From Phycisphaerae bacterium (lineage in GTDB: Bacteria; Planctomycetota; Phycisphaerae; UBA1845): DNA of 50,219 bases. The stretch spans positions 1 through 50,219 of the forward strand of contig JANQHN010000102.1 in NCBI GenBank assembly GCA_028282665.1, read 5' to 3'. A program made the translations under genes and the position numbers. This document shows, piece by piece, positions 39,513 through 49,768 of the stretch; positions within the stretch are counted from its first letter, which is position 1, and every line of letters starts with the position of its first letter. Under the pieces are notes generated by a model. The model saw only the letters and a list, made by a program, of their open reading frames with translations, was not told the origin of the DNA and did not search any database.

Positions 39513-41276
39513 CTATACCCATTCGCCCCGCCGTTCTATCATCAAGCGATCCAGGTTGGTTGAGATAGCCTGCGCGTCAATACCGCATAGTCGTGCAATT
39601 AACACCGCCGCAAGGAGATTCTCCGGAAACGCAGGGTCTGCGCTGCCGATGTGCTCCACCGTTCCCTGCAAGTTCGTAAATATTTCACCCCGTTCGAGCC
39701 ATGCCCCACGGCGCATCGGCAGTTCCTCGGAAACGAACATGGTACGACCACGGTGCTTCTCCGCGAGCGCACGCACACGGTGATCGTCATGGGAGAGAAT
39801 CAGGATGTCGTCCGGATGGTGATTCATGAATACGCGACTCTTGATTCGGGCGTATTCCTCCAGCGTCCGGTGTCGATCGAGATGGTGATCGAAGAGATTC
39901 AAAATGACTGCGATGTGCGTGCGAAACTGCACCACTGTCTCCAATTGAAAGCTCGATACCGCCAGCGCAATCGGGTCGTCGCTCGATTCGCTCAACAATA
40001 ACTCCGCGAAGGGTTTTCCTTTGTTCCCGCCTATCGTTAATGGTTTTTTGGACAGTTGAAAAAGAGATTCGAGCGCAAGGCACGTCGACCGCTTCCCAAC
40101 CGAACCGGTAATCCCAATCAAAGGCCTATCGCACAATTGAAAAGCCACTTCAAGTGCGCTGACGACGGGAATACCCAATCGGTGTAACTCAAATCGAACG
40201 GACGCGTCAGCCGGTACACCGGGCGACGCAATAACCAAGCAGCAGCCGGCAAGTCTTCCGATCGTATGCCCACCGACTTCGATGTCGGCGAATCGATCTG
40301 CATCGTAAATTTCAACAACCGCACTGTCCGAAATGACCACGCGATGGCCGAGATGCAACATCAACTCCGCCGTCGCTTGACCGGTTTCTCCGTAACCGAG
40401 AATTCCGACTTCGATGGTTGACGAATCTCGATCGCCTTGTTGCAGGAGATTTGGCAAAGGCGCAATTTGCCTGCGAATGCTTTCGAGCATGCGGATGCTT
40501 TGATCCAGCGACAGCCCATCGACGGTCGGCATCGCTCGACCGGTCACACCATCCACAGCCCCGCCGTCGCGCACAATCGTTTCGATGTCACGAGCAGCTT
40601 GATCTGCCGTCGGTAGCAGATCGCGGCCGACCAGGACAGAAAGCGCTCCCGCCAAGCCATACGCCCCCCAGTTGGATACGCCCGCGATGATACAGAAGTC
40701 TGTCTCGACCGCGCAAGCAATCTCCAGGCCGTGATCGATTCGATCCATCGCGGCGGAAAACATCTTACCCATACCGATCTCGTTTCCGCCGTCGCCGATT
40801 CCGATGGTGATCACGCCCTCATGCTCCGCCTGGATAAACAGCGCATCGAGCGGGCAGGTATGGCTCGATATGTCATCGCCGCGCATGTTGCGATAATGCC
40901 CGTCAGCGGATCGGCCGGCGCGTTCGATGGCAACTAAGTGCGTGGGTTGGCGTTGGGCAATGTAGTTTTCAGGCTCGATCAGCGGATCCAATCCGAGTGA
41001 GCGAAAAAGCGGAGCATTTTCTTCGTCGGTGATGTAGTCGACTTCGATCCCCAAGGCAGTGAGCGCGTCGCCTACAACTTTCGCACCGGGCGGACCATCG
41101 GTTTCTCCACGTTTAGCGCTTGCAATGTAATAACCACTGACAATGCCGACCCGTTTCGCAAGCCGTAGTGAAAGGGCGGCAAGCCTCAGCTGGTCTGATC
41201 GCAATAGCGCAAAAATGTTCCGCCTGCCTGGATCGCGCGCGATAGTATTCTCAATGGAGGCGATGCGCGTGTTCAT
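39513..41276 (-). CDS. Fusion of DUF4392 (glutamate-cyclase-type) domain and truncated, degenerate MurD-like ligase domains 1-2
   Basis: N-half: DPGRRNI, ETDGPPGA, VAIERAGRSADGHYRNMRG, TIGIGDGGNEIGMG, AGVSNWGAYGL, GAVDG. C-half: GILGYGETG, VIASPGVP, IGITGSVGKRST, GGNKG, AVSSFQLE, LNLFDHHLDRH, YARIKSRVF, ENLLAA. Confidence 0.88.
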   Translation of the reverse strand: MNTRIASIENTIARDPGRRNIFALLRSDQLRLAALSLRLAKRVGIVSGYYIASAKRGETDGPPGAKVVGDALTALGIEVDYITDEENAPLFRSLGLDPLIEPENYIAQRQPTHLVAIERAGRSADGHYRNMRGDDISSHTCPLDALFIQAEHEGVITIGIGDGGNEIGMGKMFSAAMDRIDHGLEIACAVETDFCIIAGVSNWGAYGLAGALSVLVGRDLLPTADQAARDIETIVRDGGAVDGVTGRAMPTVDGLSLDQSIRMLESIRRQIAPLPNLLQQGDRDSSTIEVGILGYGETGQATAELMLHLGHRVVISDSAVVEIYDADRFADIEVGGHTIGRLAGCCLVIASPGVPADASVRFELHRLGIPVVSALEVAFQLCDRPLIGITGSVGKRSTCLALESLFQLSKKPLTIGGNKGKPFAELLLSESSDDPIALAVSSFQLETVVQFRTHIAVILNLFDHHLDRHRTLEEYARIKSRVFMNHHPDDILILSHDDHRVRALAEKHRGRTMFVSEELPMRRGAWLERGEIFTNLQGTVEHIGSADPAFPENLLAAVLIARLCGIDAQAISTNLDRLMIERRGEWV

Positions 41277-44200
41277 GCGCGAGACTCCTCTCCATCGGAT
41301 AGTTTACCCCATCCTCCGCCGCCCGGCGTTTCAATTGTCAATACATCGCCGATTTGCACATCAACCGAGACGATCGGCGGAAGAATTTCGACTTTGCCCG
41401 TTAAATTGCGCACTAAAGTGTTTCTGCCAACTGATCCATCATTTCCACCGTGCAATCCGTACGGCCTCTTTAAACGGCGCTGACTCAAAATGGATACTTG
41501 CAGTGAACGCAGAAATTCGATCTCACGCACAACTCCATTTCCGCCACGAAAACGACCCGCGCCTCCCGAGCCTCGCCGAATCTCGAAACGCACAAGGCGA
41601 ACGGGATAGCGTGATTCGAACACTTCCGGATCAGTAAGACGCGTATTGGTCATGTGGGTATGGACAGCATCGGCGCCATCGAACCCGTCGCCCGCGCCCG
41701 CCCCGCCACAGATCGTCTCGTAGTACCCGAACTGCTCATCGCCCATCAGCAGGTTATTCATCGTCCCCTGACTTGCGGCGACAACACCCAGTGCACCGAA
41801 CACGGCGTCCACTATGCGTTGCGAGGTCTCCACGTTGCCACCCGCAACCGCAGGGCACTTTGCGGGATCGTTATCAGACAGCGGATTCAGGAAACAGGTT
41901 GGCAAAACGATTTCCACGGGAGCGAGTACGCCGCTGTTTAGCGGAATGTCCTCAGCAATCAGGCATCGCAGGCAATACAACACCGCGCTGGACACGATCG
42001 CGCGATTGGCGTTGAGGTTGCCGTGCAAGACTTCACCGGTTCCCGTGAAATCAACTCGCGCTTCGTCGTCGTGAATATCGACAGTCACACACAGCGGCGT
42101 GCCATCGTCGAGACGATCTTCAAACATCCGCACACCATCGGGCAAAATGCGCAGGGCGGCGCGCATCTTCGCCTCTGCCGCTCCGCGTATGTGACCCATG
42201 TATGCGAGAACCGCGTTCGATCCGTACCGCTCGACCATCCGCGTCAACTCACGAATACCCGTCTGATTCGCAGCGACTTGGGCAGCGATGTCGGCGATGT
42301 TCTCTTCGACCGACCGGGTTGGATGCGGCCCTGCCGTAAGCAAAGACCGCAACTCAGCCTCTCTCGGACGACCTTCGTGCAAATAGGGAAACGCACGAAT
42401 CACCACGCCTTCTTCGGCAAGCGATGTCGAATCAGGAGGCATGGAACCGGGCATCTTACCGCCGATCTCTGCGTGATGAGCGCGACTGGCGACAAAGAAC
42501 AACAACCTTCCGCCACCCTTCTCATACACGGGCGTCACGACAGTGACATCATTCAAGTGCGATCCGCCGCGGTAAGGGTCGTTCGTCACGTACACATCGC
42601 CGGGATGGAAGGACTCCACATCCTCAATGAGTGCTTTGACACAATCGCTCATGCTTCCCAAATGCACGGGAATGTGCGGCGCGTTGACCACCAGTTCGCC
42701 ATTGGGGGTAAAGATCGCGCAGGAAAAATCGAGGCGTTCTTTCACGTTGGTGGATAGGGCACTGCGGCGTAATGCGGAGCCCATTTGTTCGGCGATGGAA
42801 GCGAATTGATTGTTAAACAATTCCAACTGCACGGGATCAACCGACTCATCGATCCGCTCGCGATTCGCACTCGTAGACGTATCCTCCAATAGGAGATCGC
42901 CATTTTCCTGCACGGTCGCACACCAATCCGGTTCGATCACGACGGTTGAAGTGCCTTCGGTAATAACTGCGGGACCTGCAACTGTGTGATTCGCGTACAA
43001 TTCAGAACGGGCGTATATGGGCGTGGGAACCGCGTTTCCCGCAAACGTAACCTTCGCATGGTCTACAGGATGGGGTGGATTCTCGGATCGTGCGAGCACG
43101 AGAGTCGGCGCTTCATCCGCGGCGGCGACGAGTTCCACACGCAACATACGCACCTCTACCGCTCGTTTCTCGTGGATGTGGCCGAAGAACTGACGGTGTT
43201 TTGCTTCGAATTCCCGGCGGAGTTGTGAAACATCGCCCCAGTGCACCGCGATCAGCGACGATTGCCCTGCGTAACAAAGTTCCGCAAAGCGAACCGCGGG
43301 TTCGAGTCGCCCGTCCGACACACCCTGCTCAATCATCGATTGCGTAGCGTCCCGTTCGAGTTCGACAAAGATACCCTCAAGATCGGTCAATGACTCTACC
43401 GTTGGCTTATGCACCTTCGGTAATTCACATTGCACGCTACGCTCAACGACGCGTTTCACGGAGGCGGCACCAATCCCGAGGGCACTTAGAACGCCAGCGA
43501 ACGGGCTGAGCAGAACGCATTTTATGCCCAGCATACGCGCAATTGCGCAGGCGTGTTGCCCACCGGCTCCGCCGAAACTTGTCAGCACGTAATCACGAAG
43601 GTCATACCCTCTTGCAATGGAGATTTCCTTGATTGGTGCGGCCATGTTGGCATTGGCGATGCGCAAAAATCCTTTTGCAAGCTCCGTACGCGACAAAGCC
43701 TGGACACCTGCATCCTCCATTTCCGATCGAATCTCATCGAGCTTCCGGCCAATCACCATGGAATCAAGTGGAAAAGGAAACAACTTAGCCGGTACGCGGC
43801 CAAGAAATACGTTCATGTCCGTCACAGTCAACGGCCCGCCTCGCCCGTAGCAGGCGGGTCCGGGGTCCGCACCGGCACTTTCGGGACCCACTGCGAGCTT
43901 TTGGCCGTCGAATCGACACACGCTCCCACCACCCGCCGCAACAGTTTCGATTGCGAGCATCGGCGTCATGATTCGCACGCCCGCTTTCACCGTTTCATGT
44001 TGGTATTCAAATCCCCCACTGGAAGTTCCCTCAACTGACAGGTCGATGCGCGAGACGTCCGTGCTCGTTCCGCCCATGTCAAACCCGATCGCGCGATCGA
44101 AACCCGCTTCTTTCGTAACATGCGCACAGCCGACCACGCCGCCGGCCGGCCCGCTCAAGATCGTGTCCCTACCACACGCAACGCTTGCGTCGACAAGTCC

Positions 44201-45136
44201 GCCGTTGCTGGTCATCAAAAAGAACCGCGCTTCAGGCACCGATCGTCGGATCGATGCAACGTAAGATTGCAGCACGGGGCTCAAGTATGCGTCCGCCACC
44301 GTGGTATCACCGCGAGACACAATACGTTCCAACCGCAAGACTTGAGACGAGAGTGAGACCTGCGCGAAACTCACTTCTTTCGCAATCTGCCCCAATACTC
44401 GTTCGTGAGTCGGGTTCACATAACTGTGGAGTAATGCAATCGCGACGGCCTCGAAGCCCTCTTCACGCAAACGGGTTAATCCTTTGCGGGCTTCAGCTTC
44501 ATCCAATGCAACCAATACCGAACCGTCCGCCGCCAATCGCTCGTTGATCTCGAGCACGCCTGTCGCCAGTTCGTCTCGTTTCTTGATGTGCGAATCGAAC
44601 AGTCGCGGTCGATCTTGGTATCCAATGCGAAGCACGTCGGCAAAACCTCGCGTCGTGACAAACGCCGTTTTTGCACCTTTGCGTTCCAGCAGTGCGTTTG
44701 TCGCTCGCGTTGTCCCCAGTCGAATATCAACCTCGCCGATCGGATCCGTCAGTTTTAGTCCCATCAGATAGCGGATCGCGGTGATGGGGGCTTCCTCGCC
44801 ACTGACAAGTTCGTAACCCGAACCAGGTGTGATGGCGTGGGCAAACGGAGCTTCAAGTTCCAATACGCCCTCATCGGCATGGAACGCCGCCACACGTGCA
44901 AAGACCGAATCCGTACCAAGCAATCTGAAGGTATATCCTTGCCAGTGCCTAGCTGGATCGCCAACGCGCGTCGGATCGACAATACGCCGCTCACTCGATC
45001 CTTCCTCGACCACACCGCGAATCGCCCCGCTGCTAAGAAGTTTGTACGTCAATACCCGACCGCCAGGAGCCCGTGCGACCACGTCGGTAAACGTACCGCC
45101 CACGTCTATGAAGAATTGCCAGTTTGATTCACTCAT
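41273..45136 (-). CDS. oplA: ATP-dependent 5-oxoprolinase / hydantoinase, fused HyuA+HyuB type
   Basis: [149 protein letters not shown]. Confidence 0.92.
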   Translation of the reverse strand: MSESNWQFFIDVGGTFTDVVARAPGGRVLTYKLLSSGAIRGVVEEGSSERRIVDPTRVGDPARHWQGYTFRLLGTDSVFARVAAFHADEGVLELEAPFAHAITPGSGYELVSGEEAPITAIRYLMGLKLTDPIGEVDIRLGTTRATNALLERKGAKTAFVTTRGFADVLRIGYQDRPRLFDSHIKKRDELATGVLEINERLAADGSVLVALDEAEARKGLTRLREEGFEAVAIALLHSYVNPTHERVLGQIAKEVSFAQVSLSSQVLRLERIVSRGDTTVADAYLSPVLQSYVASIRRSVPEARFFLMTSNGGLVDASVACGRDTILSGPAGGVVGCAHVTKEAGFDRAIGFDMGGTSTDVSRIDLSVEGTSSGGFEYQHETVKAGVRIMTPMLAIETVAAGGGSVCRFDGQKLAVGPESAGADPGPACYGRGGPLTVTDMNVFLGRVPAKLFPFPLDSMVIGRKLDEIRSEMEDAGVQALSRTELAKGFLRIANANMAAPIKEISIARGYDLRDYVLTSFGGAGGQHACAIARMLGIKCVLLSPFAGVLSALGIGAASVKRVVERSVQCELPKVHKPTVESLTDLEGIFVELERDATQSMIEQGVSDGRLEPAVRFAELCYAGQSSLIAVHWGDVSQLRREFEAKHRQFFGHIHEKRAVEVRMLRVELVAAADEAPTLVLARSENPPHPVDHAKVTFAGNAVPTPIYARSELYANHTVAGPAVITEGTSTVVIEPDWCATVQENGDLLLEDTSTSANRERIDESVDPVQLELFNNQFASIAEQMGSALRRSALSTNVKERLDFSCAIFTPNGELVVNAPHIPVHLGSMSDCVKALIEDVESFHPGDVYVTNDPYRGGSHLNDVTVVTPVYEKGGGRLLFFVASRAHHAEIGGKMPGSMPPDSTSLAEEGVVIRAFPYLHEGRPREAELRSLLTAGPHPTRSVEENIADIAAQVAANQTGIRELTRMVERYGSNAVLAYMGHIRGAAEAKMRAALRILPDGVRMFEDRLDDGTPLCVTVDIHDDEARVDFTGTGEVLHGNLNANRAIVSSAVLYCLRCLIAEDIPLNSGVLAPVEIVLPTCFLNPLSDNDPAKCPAVAGGNVETSQRIVDAVFGALGVVAASQGTMNNLLMGDEQFGYYETICGGAGAGDGFDGADAVHTHMTNTRLTDPEVFESRYPVRLVRFEIRRGSGGAGRFRGGNGVVREIEFLRSLQVSILSQRRLKRPYGLHGGNDGSVGRNTLVRNLTGKVEILPPIVSVDVQIGDVLTIETPGGGGWGKLSDGEESRA

Positions 45137-45256
45137 AGCCCATGAGGATAACCGCTCGCCGGGGTGGTGAACAATCGCCCGAACCAACAGCAACGTTGAC
45201 TCATTGATAAAGTACTTACACTCCGAATCCTGGCAATTCACCATTCGCGAGGTAAC

Positions 45257-46669
45257 ATGGATTGCATGAGTAACGGACCCACCAATCAGGATGGTGTTGT
45301 GACCGGAATGGACACGGCAGTTCCTTGCCCCGCGCATGGATTCACGGCGGCATTGACCGCGCTGCGCCTAGGGCGGTTCGCTCCAAGAAAGGCTGGAATG
45401 ATAGCGCAGCATGCGCCGCTTGGGATCTGGCTCACTATCTCGCTTAGTATTGCCTTGCTCTGCGGCGTCACGATTCTTATTACAGCCATGTTATGTACCG
45501 CGCTGACCAAAACTGCGAGTGGTTACACGACCTACCACACTTTAGTGATAAGCTGGAATCTTGCTACCATCTCCGATATCTGGGCCGATTGGCACGCTGG
45601 CGGTCCAGTCGGTCCGGCCGAGTTCATTCTTGGCGGAACGACGCTTGGTATTTTAGCCGTTGTGATATGCGCAGCCTTGCTTCACGTCAGCACGACGCGA
45701 TCTGGTGGTAGCTTCATGGGGGCGTACGTCGCGAGTTTGAAAGCCTGCTGTGCCTGCCTGAGCCTCGCGACCGCTTTCATCTTCATCCTGTGCTTCGGAC
45801 ATGGCTGGATCTGGGCAATCGAAAGCTATTCCCATGTCGACGAGTTGTTAGGCTTCCTATTCGTGACTTTGCATATGCTGCTAACGGCGCTGTTGCTAAA
45901 TCAGTTTGCGCGGGCATGTTTCGGAGCGCGTCGTACTGTGCCAAGAACAGAAAATCCACCCTGGTGCGAGCGATGCGGGTACGACCTGACTCACCACGTG
46001 CAAGGGGGGCGCTGTTCGGAATGCGGCGAATCGATCGACTGGTCTCTCACAGAAAACCACAAAAGAATGGATTCGCCCTGGAAGCAACAACAGGGCATTA
46101 TGGAACTTGAGAACACCTCGCGGTTTGCAGTTACAGGCTTAAGCAATTTCTACTCGCGACTGCGGGTCTACGGGAAAGATCACGACTATCGCGTTTTACA
46201 GTTCAGCCTGTGGACCTACATTGCGATCGGGATCGGCTCCGCCATTTGGACGTTCGCCTTCCTGGTGTTTGTGGATCCCGGAGATCCGCCTGGTTGGGTA
46301 CTTGTCTGCCTGCCTACTATGGCGTCCTTTGCCTGCCCGCTTGCGGGATGGTGCATGCACAGGGCAACCGTTCTGGCCGTCATGTTCTTCAACTATATGC
46401 ATCATCGACTGCCTAATCCGGCGGTCGCGTGGCCCGTCATCGCGTACGAAACTTCGTACCTGTGGATGTACTGCTTGTTCAACGGCAGTTACCTGCTAAG
46501 TGTTGTAATCTTCGACGACACGGCGGAGTACTTCCTTGGCAAAATAGTGCCCGGATTAGGCATGCCTTGGGGCGTGTTAATATTTTTCGCCGGCAACGCT
46601 GCCCTGTATGCGACCGGCTGCTGGAGACTAAACAAGGCACTCGGCGAAGTCCGATGGGCGAATTTCTGA
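45257..46669 (+). CDS. Polytopic membrane protein with central zinc ribbon
   Basis: Two blocks of ~4 TM segments flanking CERCGYDLTHHVQGGRCSECG. Confidence 0.75.
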   Translation: MDCMSNGPTNQDGVVTGMDTAVPCPAHGFTAALTALRLGRFAPRKAGMIAQHAPLGIWLTISLSIALLCGVTILITAMLCTALTKTASGYTTYHTLVISWNLATISDIWADWHAGGPVGPAEFILGGTTLGILAVVICAALLHVSTTRSGGSFMGAYVASLKACCACLSLATAFIFILCFGHGWIWAIESYSHVDELLGFLFVTLHMLLTALLLNQFARACFGARRTVPRTENPPWCERCGYDLTHHVQGGRCSECGESIDWSLTENHKRMDSPWKQQQGIMELENTSRFAVTGLSNFYSRLRVYGKDHDYRVLQFSLWTYIAIGIGSAIWTFAFLVFVDPGDPPGWVLVCLPTMASFACPLAGWCMHRATVLAVMFFNYMHHRLPNPAVAWPVIAYETSYLWMYCLFNGSYLLSVVIFDDTAEYFLGKIVPGLGMPWGVLIFFAGNAALYATGCWRLNKALGEVRWANF

Positions 46670-46719
46670 CACCCCCCCGAACCGATCACACCCCGTCAAG
46701 CTGAATGCACGCCTTCGGA

Positions 46720-47463
46720 TCAACTTAATAAACTCATCGCAATCCGACCCGAAAGCACCAACATAATAATACCAACAATTATCGAGAAAGACCGTTCGCT
46801 GATGCGATCGTGCTGGCGATATCCAATGAAGAGCCCTATGACGACGGCCGGGGATGCCCATAGTGAAATCACCAACACTTGATTCGTCCACACACCCACC
46901 GTCCCATACGTTACCAGTCTAAACACACCGCCGATCAAGAAAAGCGCGACCAACAATCTGCGAAAATCGCCCTTGCCCGCTTTCGGTCGCAGTGCCATCA
47001 CAATGAACGGACCACTGATTCCCACAAGCCCGCTTGACAACCCACCAAGCAAACATCCACCAACGACAAGCTTCGAACCGCGCGCGACGATGTCGGTTGG
47101 TGCGGGTTCGTGAAAGAAGATCATCACCACGCCGAAAATCGCGACCACACAAGCCATGAGGATTAGCACGATTCGTTGCGGTACATACCCCGCAAGCACA
47201 GCACCGACAACCGTCCCTAACACAAGTGCGATCGCCATAGGCCCGACGATTTTCAGATCCACCCAGCGATATTTGAGCGTCACAATCATCAGACAGCCGA
47301 CCAGGAAATCCAAAAACGCCGAAGTCGATAACGCAATGTGCGGATCGAACAACACCGCAAGCCAAGGTACCATCACCAGCGCAGGACCAAACCCCGCGAC
47401 TCCTTTTACGAAATAGGCAATCACGCAGCACAGCGACAGCAACAGGATCGTTTCGGCGGTCAT
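46720..47463 (-). CDS. TSUP (TauE/SafE) family transporter
   Basis: YFVKGVAGFGPALV, GGLSSGLVGISGPFI, two-fold repeated TM pattern. Confidence 0.88.
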   Translation of the reverse strand: MTAETILLLSLCCVIAYFVKGVAGFGPALVMVPWLAVLFDPHIALSTSAFLDFLVGCLMIVTLKYRWVDLKIVGPMAIALVLGTVVGAVLAGYVPQRIVLILMACVVAIFGVVMIFFHEPAPTDIVARGSKLVVGGCLLGGLSSGLVGISGPFIVMALRPKAGKGDFRRLLVALFLIGGVFRLVTYGTVGVWTNQVLVISLWASPAVVIGLFIGYRQHDRISERSFSIIVGIIMLVLSGRIAMSLLS

Positions 47464-47895
47464 TTCGTGAAAGGTACACGCTCGCCCCGGCGATCCGCAA
47501 TGCGCCTTTTCAACTCAAGTAAGAATTTCACACCTCTTAACAGATTGATTCGATCGCCGGCCCGCAGATAGAAAAGCGAACCGTTGAAGTGCCTCCAAAC
47601 GCCATGTGCAATAATCGCAGCCAGGAAGACCGACATGCCGAAACCCGCAAAAGACAACGCGCCTATAACCCCCAGACAACCATTCTAAAATCAAAGGCGA
47701 ACCGCAATAGCACACAAAGCGCTATGAAGTCCATGACGGTCCGCTTGGTGATGCACGACAATCGACCCTTGAAGCGTGGGCCGACAGGGAACACCGTCTT
47801 GCCAGCGGTAGGGTTGAACACATACTTCGGGCAGGCGTGATCGACCGGGAGTTCTACCGTAAATAAATGCGGTTTGGACACTCGGCTATCTGCAC
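47460..47895 (-). pseudogene. Frameshifted, decayed paralog of the adjacent zinc-ribbon membrane genes
   Basis: Fragments in different frames: GTG 47895 gives MQIAECPNRIYLR*; then LPVDHACPKYVFNPTAGKTVFPV (cf. LPTDYACPECGFYYTSEMMVFPL); then FLLELKRRIADR (cf. FTREVKRRLAER). Confidence 0.65.
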
Positions 47896-47904
47896 GACCG
47901 CGAT

Positions 47905-48468
47905 TCAGCTGCTAATCGTCGTTTTCCGCTCCGCCAAACGGCGCTTCACTTCGCGCGTAAACTCGACCTGCTGCTTGGAGTAGTCCCAAGTGTCCAGCTT
48001 TAGGAATGCGAGTTTATCCCCGTTGGATGCAGTCAAAACCAATACGTTCAGATCGTGCTTAGCTTGCGCGATTTTCTCCCAGGGAATTCGCTTGAGGAAG
48101 CGTGTACCACACATCAGTTGGATGCCCTCATCGGTCAATGTCGCGAAAGATCTGAAGTACAGCCCTTGCCGCAATCGGTACGTTACCAGACCAATAACAA
48201 ACAGGCTGCCCGCGACGTTCATCAATGCGCCAGTATGCCCCCGCAGCACCCCGGCGAACACAACGAACGCCAGATACAAAGCAACGATCACAAGCACAGT
48301 CACATTCAACCAGAATCGCACGGTGTATCGTCCATCCTGCTTGTACGAGGCGGAGAGCGGAAAAACCATCATCTCCGACGTGTAGTAAAAGCCGCACTCC
48401 GGGCAAGCGTAATCCGTTGGCAGCCCCTTGCAGGGATAGTCGCAAGCTGGGCAAACGGACAATGCCAA
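47905..48468 (-). CDS. Zinc-ribbon + 2-TM hypothetical protein (paralog A)
   Basis: CPACDY...CPECGF, two TM helices, LTDEGI...IPWE...DTWDYSKQQVEFTREVKRRLAER. Confidence 0.8.
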   Translation of the reverse strand: MALSVCPACDYPCKGLPTDYACPECGFYYTSEMMVFPLSASYKQDGRYTVRFWLNVTVLVIVALYLAFVVFAGVLRGHTGALMNVAGSLFVIGLVTYRLRQGLYFRSFATLTDEGIQLMCGTRFLKRIPWEKIAQAKHDLNVLVLTASNGDKLAFLKLDTWDYSKQQVEFTREVKRRLAERKTTISS

Positions 48469-48525
48469 AAACGCACTCCCGACATACGGTAAAATAACCA
48501 GCCCTTCAAGGAACTCCAGGCGTAC

Positions 48526-49101
48526 TCAGCGGTGCCGGCAACTCGACTTTATCCCTCTGTCCCTTTCCGCCAACCGCCGCTTGACTTCGCGCATGAACCC
48601 GACTTGCTCCTTGCAATAATTCCACGTATCTATCGGCAGAATGGCGAGTCGTCGGCCTTTACGCGACTTCACCACGAATTGCCCCAGAAACTGCCGAGTC
48701 TGCCCGATCGTTTCCCAAAGGATTTTCTTCCGGCAACGCTGCCCACGCATAAGCATGATTCCCTCGTCCGTAAGCAACGCGTACGGCTTGACATACGTAT
48801 ACAACCATAATTTGTACATCACCACACCAAGTGGTATTAACGGTAAGAACAAGATAGCAATTGTCCCTACGCTTCCCTGGGTAATCCATGTGATGGCCGG
48901 AGGTATGCAAAAAGCCACCGTCATCACAACGGCAACCAAAACCAACCAGAATCGTCTGGTAGGTTCGCCTCTCCGCTCATGCAGTTGGGCAAGTGGAAAA
49001 ACCATCATCTCCGCACTGTAAGCGAACCCGCACTCCGGACAAAAATGATTTTCCGGTAGTCCTTCGAAAGAATAGTCACAGACGGGGCATTGCGTTAGCA
49101 T
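48526..49101 (-). CDS. Zinc-ribbon + 2-TM hypothetical protein (paralog B)
   Basis: CPVCDY...CPECGF, two TM helices, LTDEGI...ILWE...DTWNYCKEQVGFMREVKRRLAER. Confidence 0.8.
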   Translation of the reverse strand: MLTQCPVCDYSFEGLPENHFCPECGFAYSAEMMVFPLAQLHERRGEPTRRFWLVLVAVVMTVAFCIPPAITWITQGSVGTIAILFLPLIPLGVVMYKLWLYTYVKPYALLTDEGIMLMRGQRCRKKILWETIGQTRQFLGQFVVKSRKGRRLAILPIDTWNYCKEQVGFMREVKRRLAERDRGIKSSCRHR

Positions 49102-49627
49102 GATAGCACAGTTGGCGAATGGCTGCGGGCGCCTTCAAAACCCTCACACCCTTGAAGCGATTTTCTCTAAAACTGCAATTTGTTCACAAAACCGATGCGG
49201 GACTTCTTCATCTTTCGCCTGCGGTCGAAGTGGTTGCCGAGAACGGTTAGCACCTCCTGATCCGCGTCATCTACCGGAATCAGTTTTGTCCAATTCTTTT
49301 GCATCGATGCACTTGTCTTGGTTGAATGTCACGCGATGGCTCCCAGAACCAAAAATCCTGAAAGTAGGCCGGTGTAACAACATGAAACACTTTCCCCAGC
49401 CAAGGGCTTCGACGGCAATTCAACCAACATGCCCTAAATACCGAACAGAAAAAACCATCGATCGAATTCGGCTTTGTGTGCCCGGCACACCTTATCGACA
49501 CGGACAGGTGGTCAGACTTGCACCAATCGTTGTGAACATCGCGTCTTTCACTTCATGACTCAACCGATAGGATACTGCTGAAGTTGGGAAACCCCAAAGT
49601 GCATCACCCGCAACGGGAACGGATATC

Positions 49628-49768
49628 ATGAAATCATACCGTAAAGAATTGTGGTTCGAGACGGAAACGCGACGAGCGTTCATTAACATTACGCGCGACG
49701 TGCAGCAGGCCATTGCAAAAAGCGGTGTGCAAGAAGGACTTTGTTTGGTAAATACAACGCGGATTTAG
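49628..49768 (+). pseudogene. yjbQ: 5' fragment of yjbQ (UPF0047, secondary thiamine-phosphate synthase family), interrupted after codon 42; not in the ORF track
   Basis: [42 protein letters not shown] then TTRI*. The family normally continues ..H(I/T)TAS..IN(D/E). Confidence 0.85.

Noticed and set aside
39513-40415. Functional murD gene
   Set aside because: The D-Glu-binding C-terminal domain is missing, the Mg-binding Glu is replaced, and there is no dcw context, so the gene symbol was withheld.
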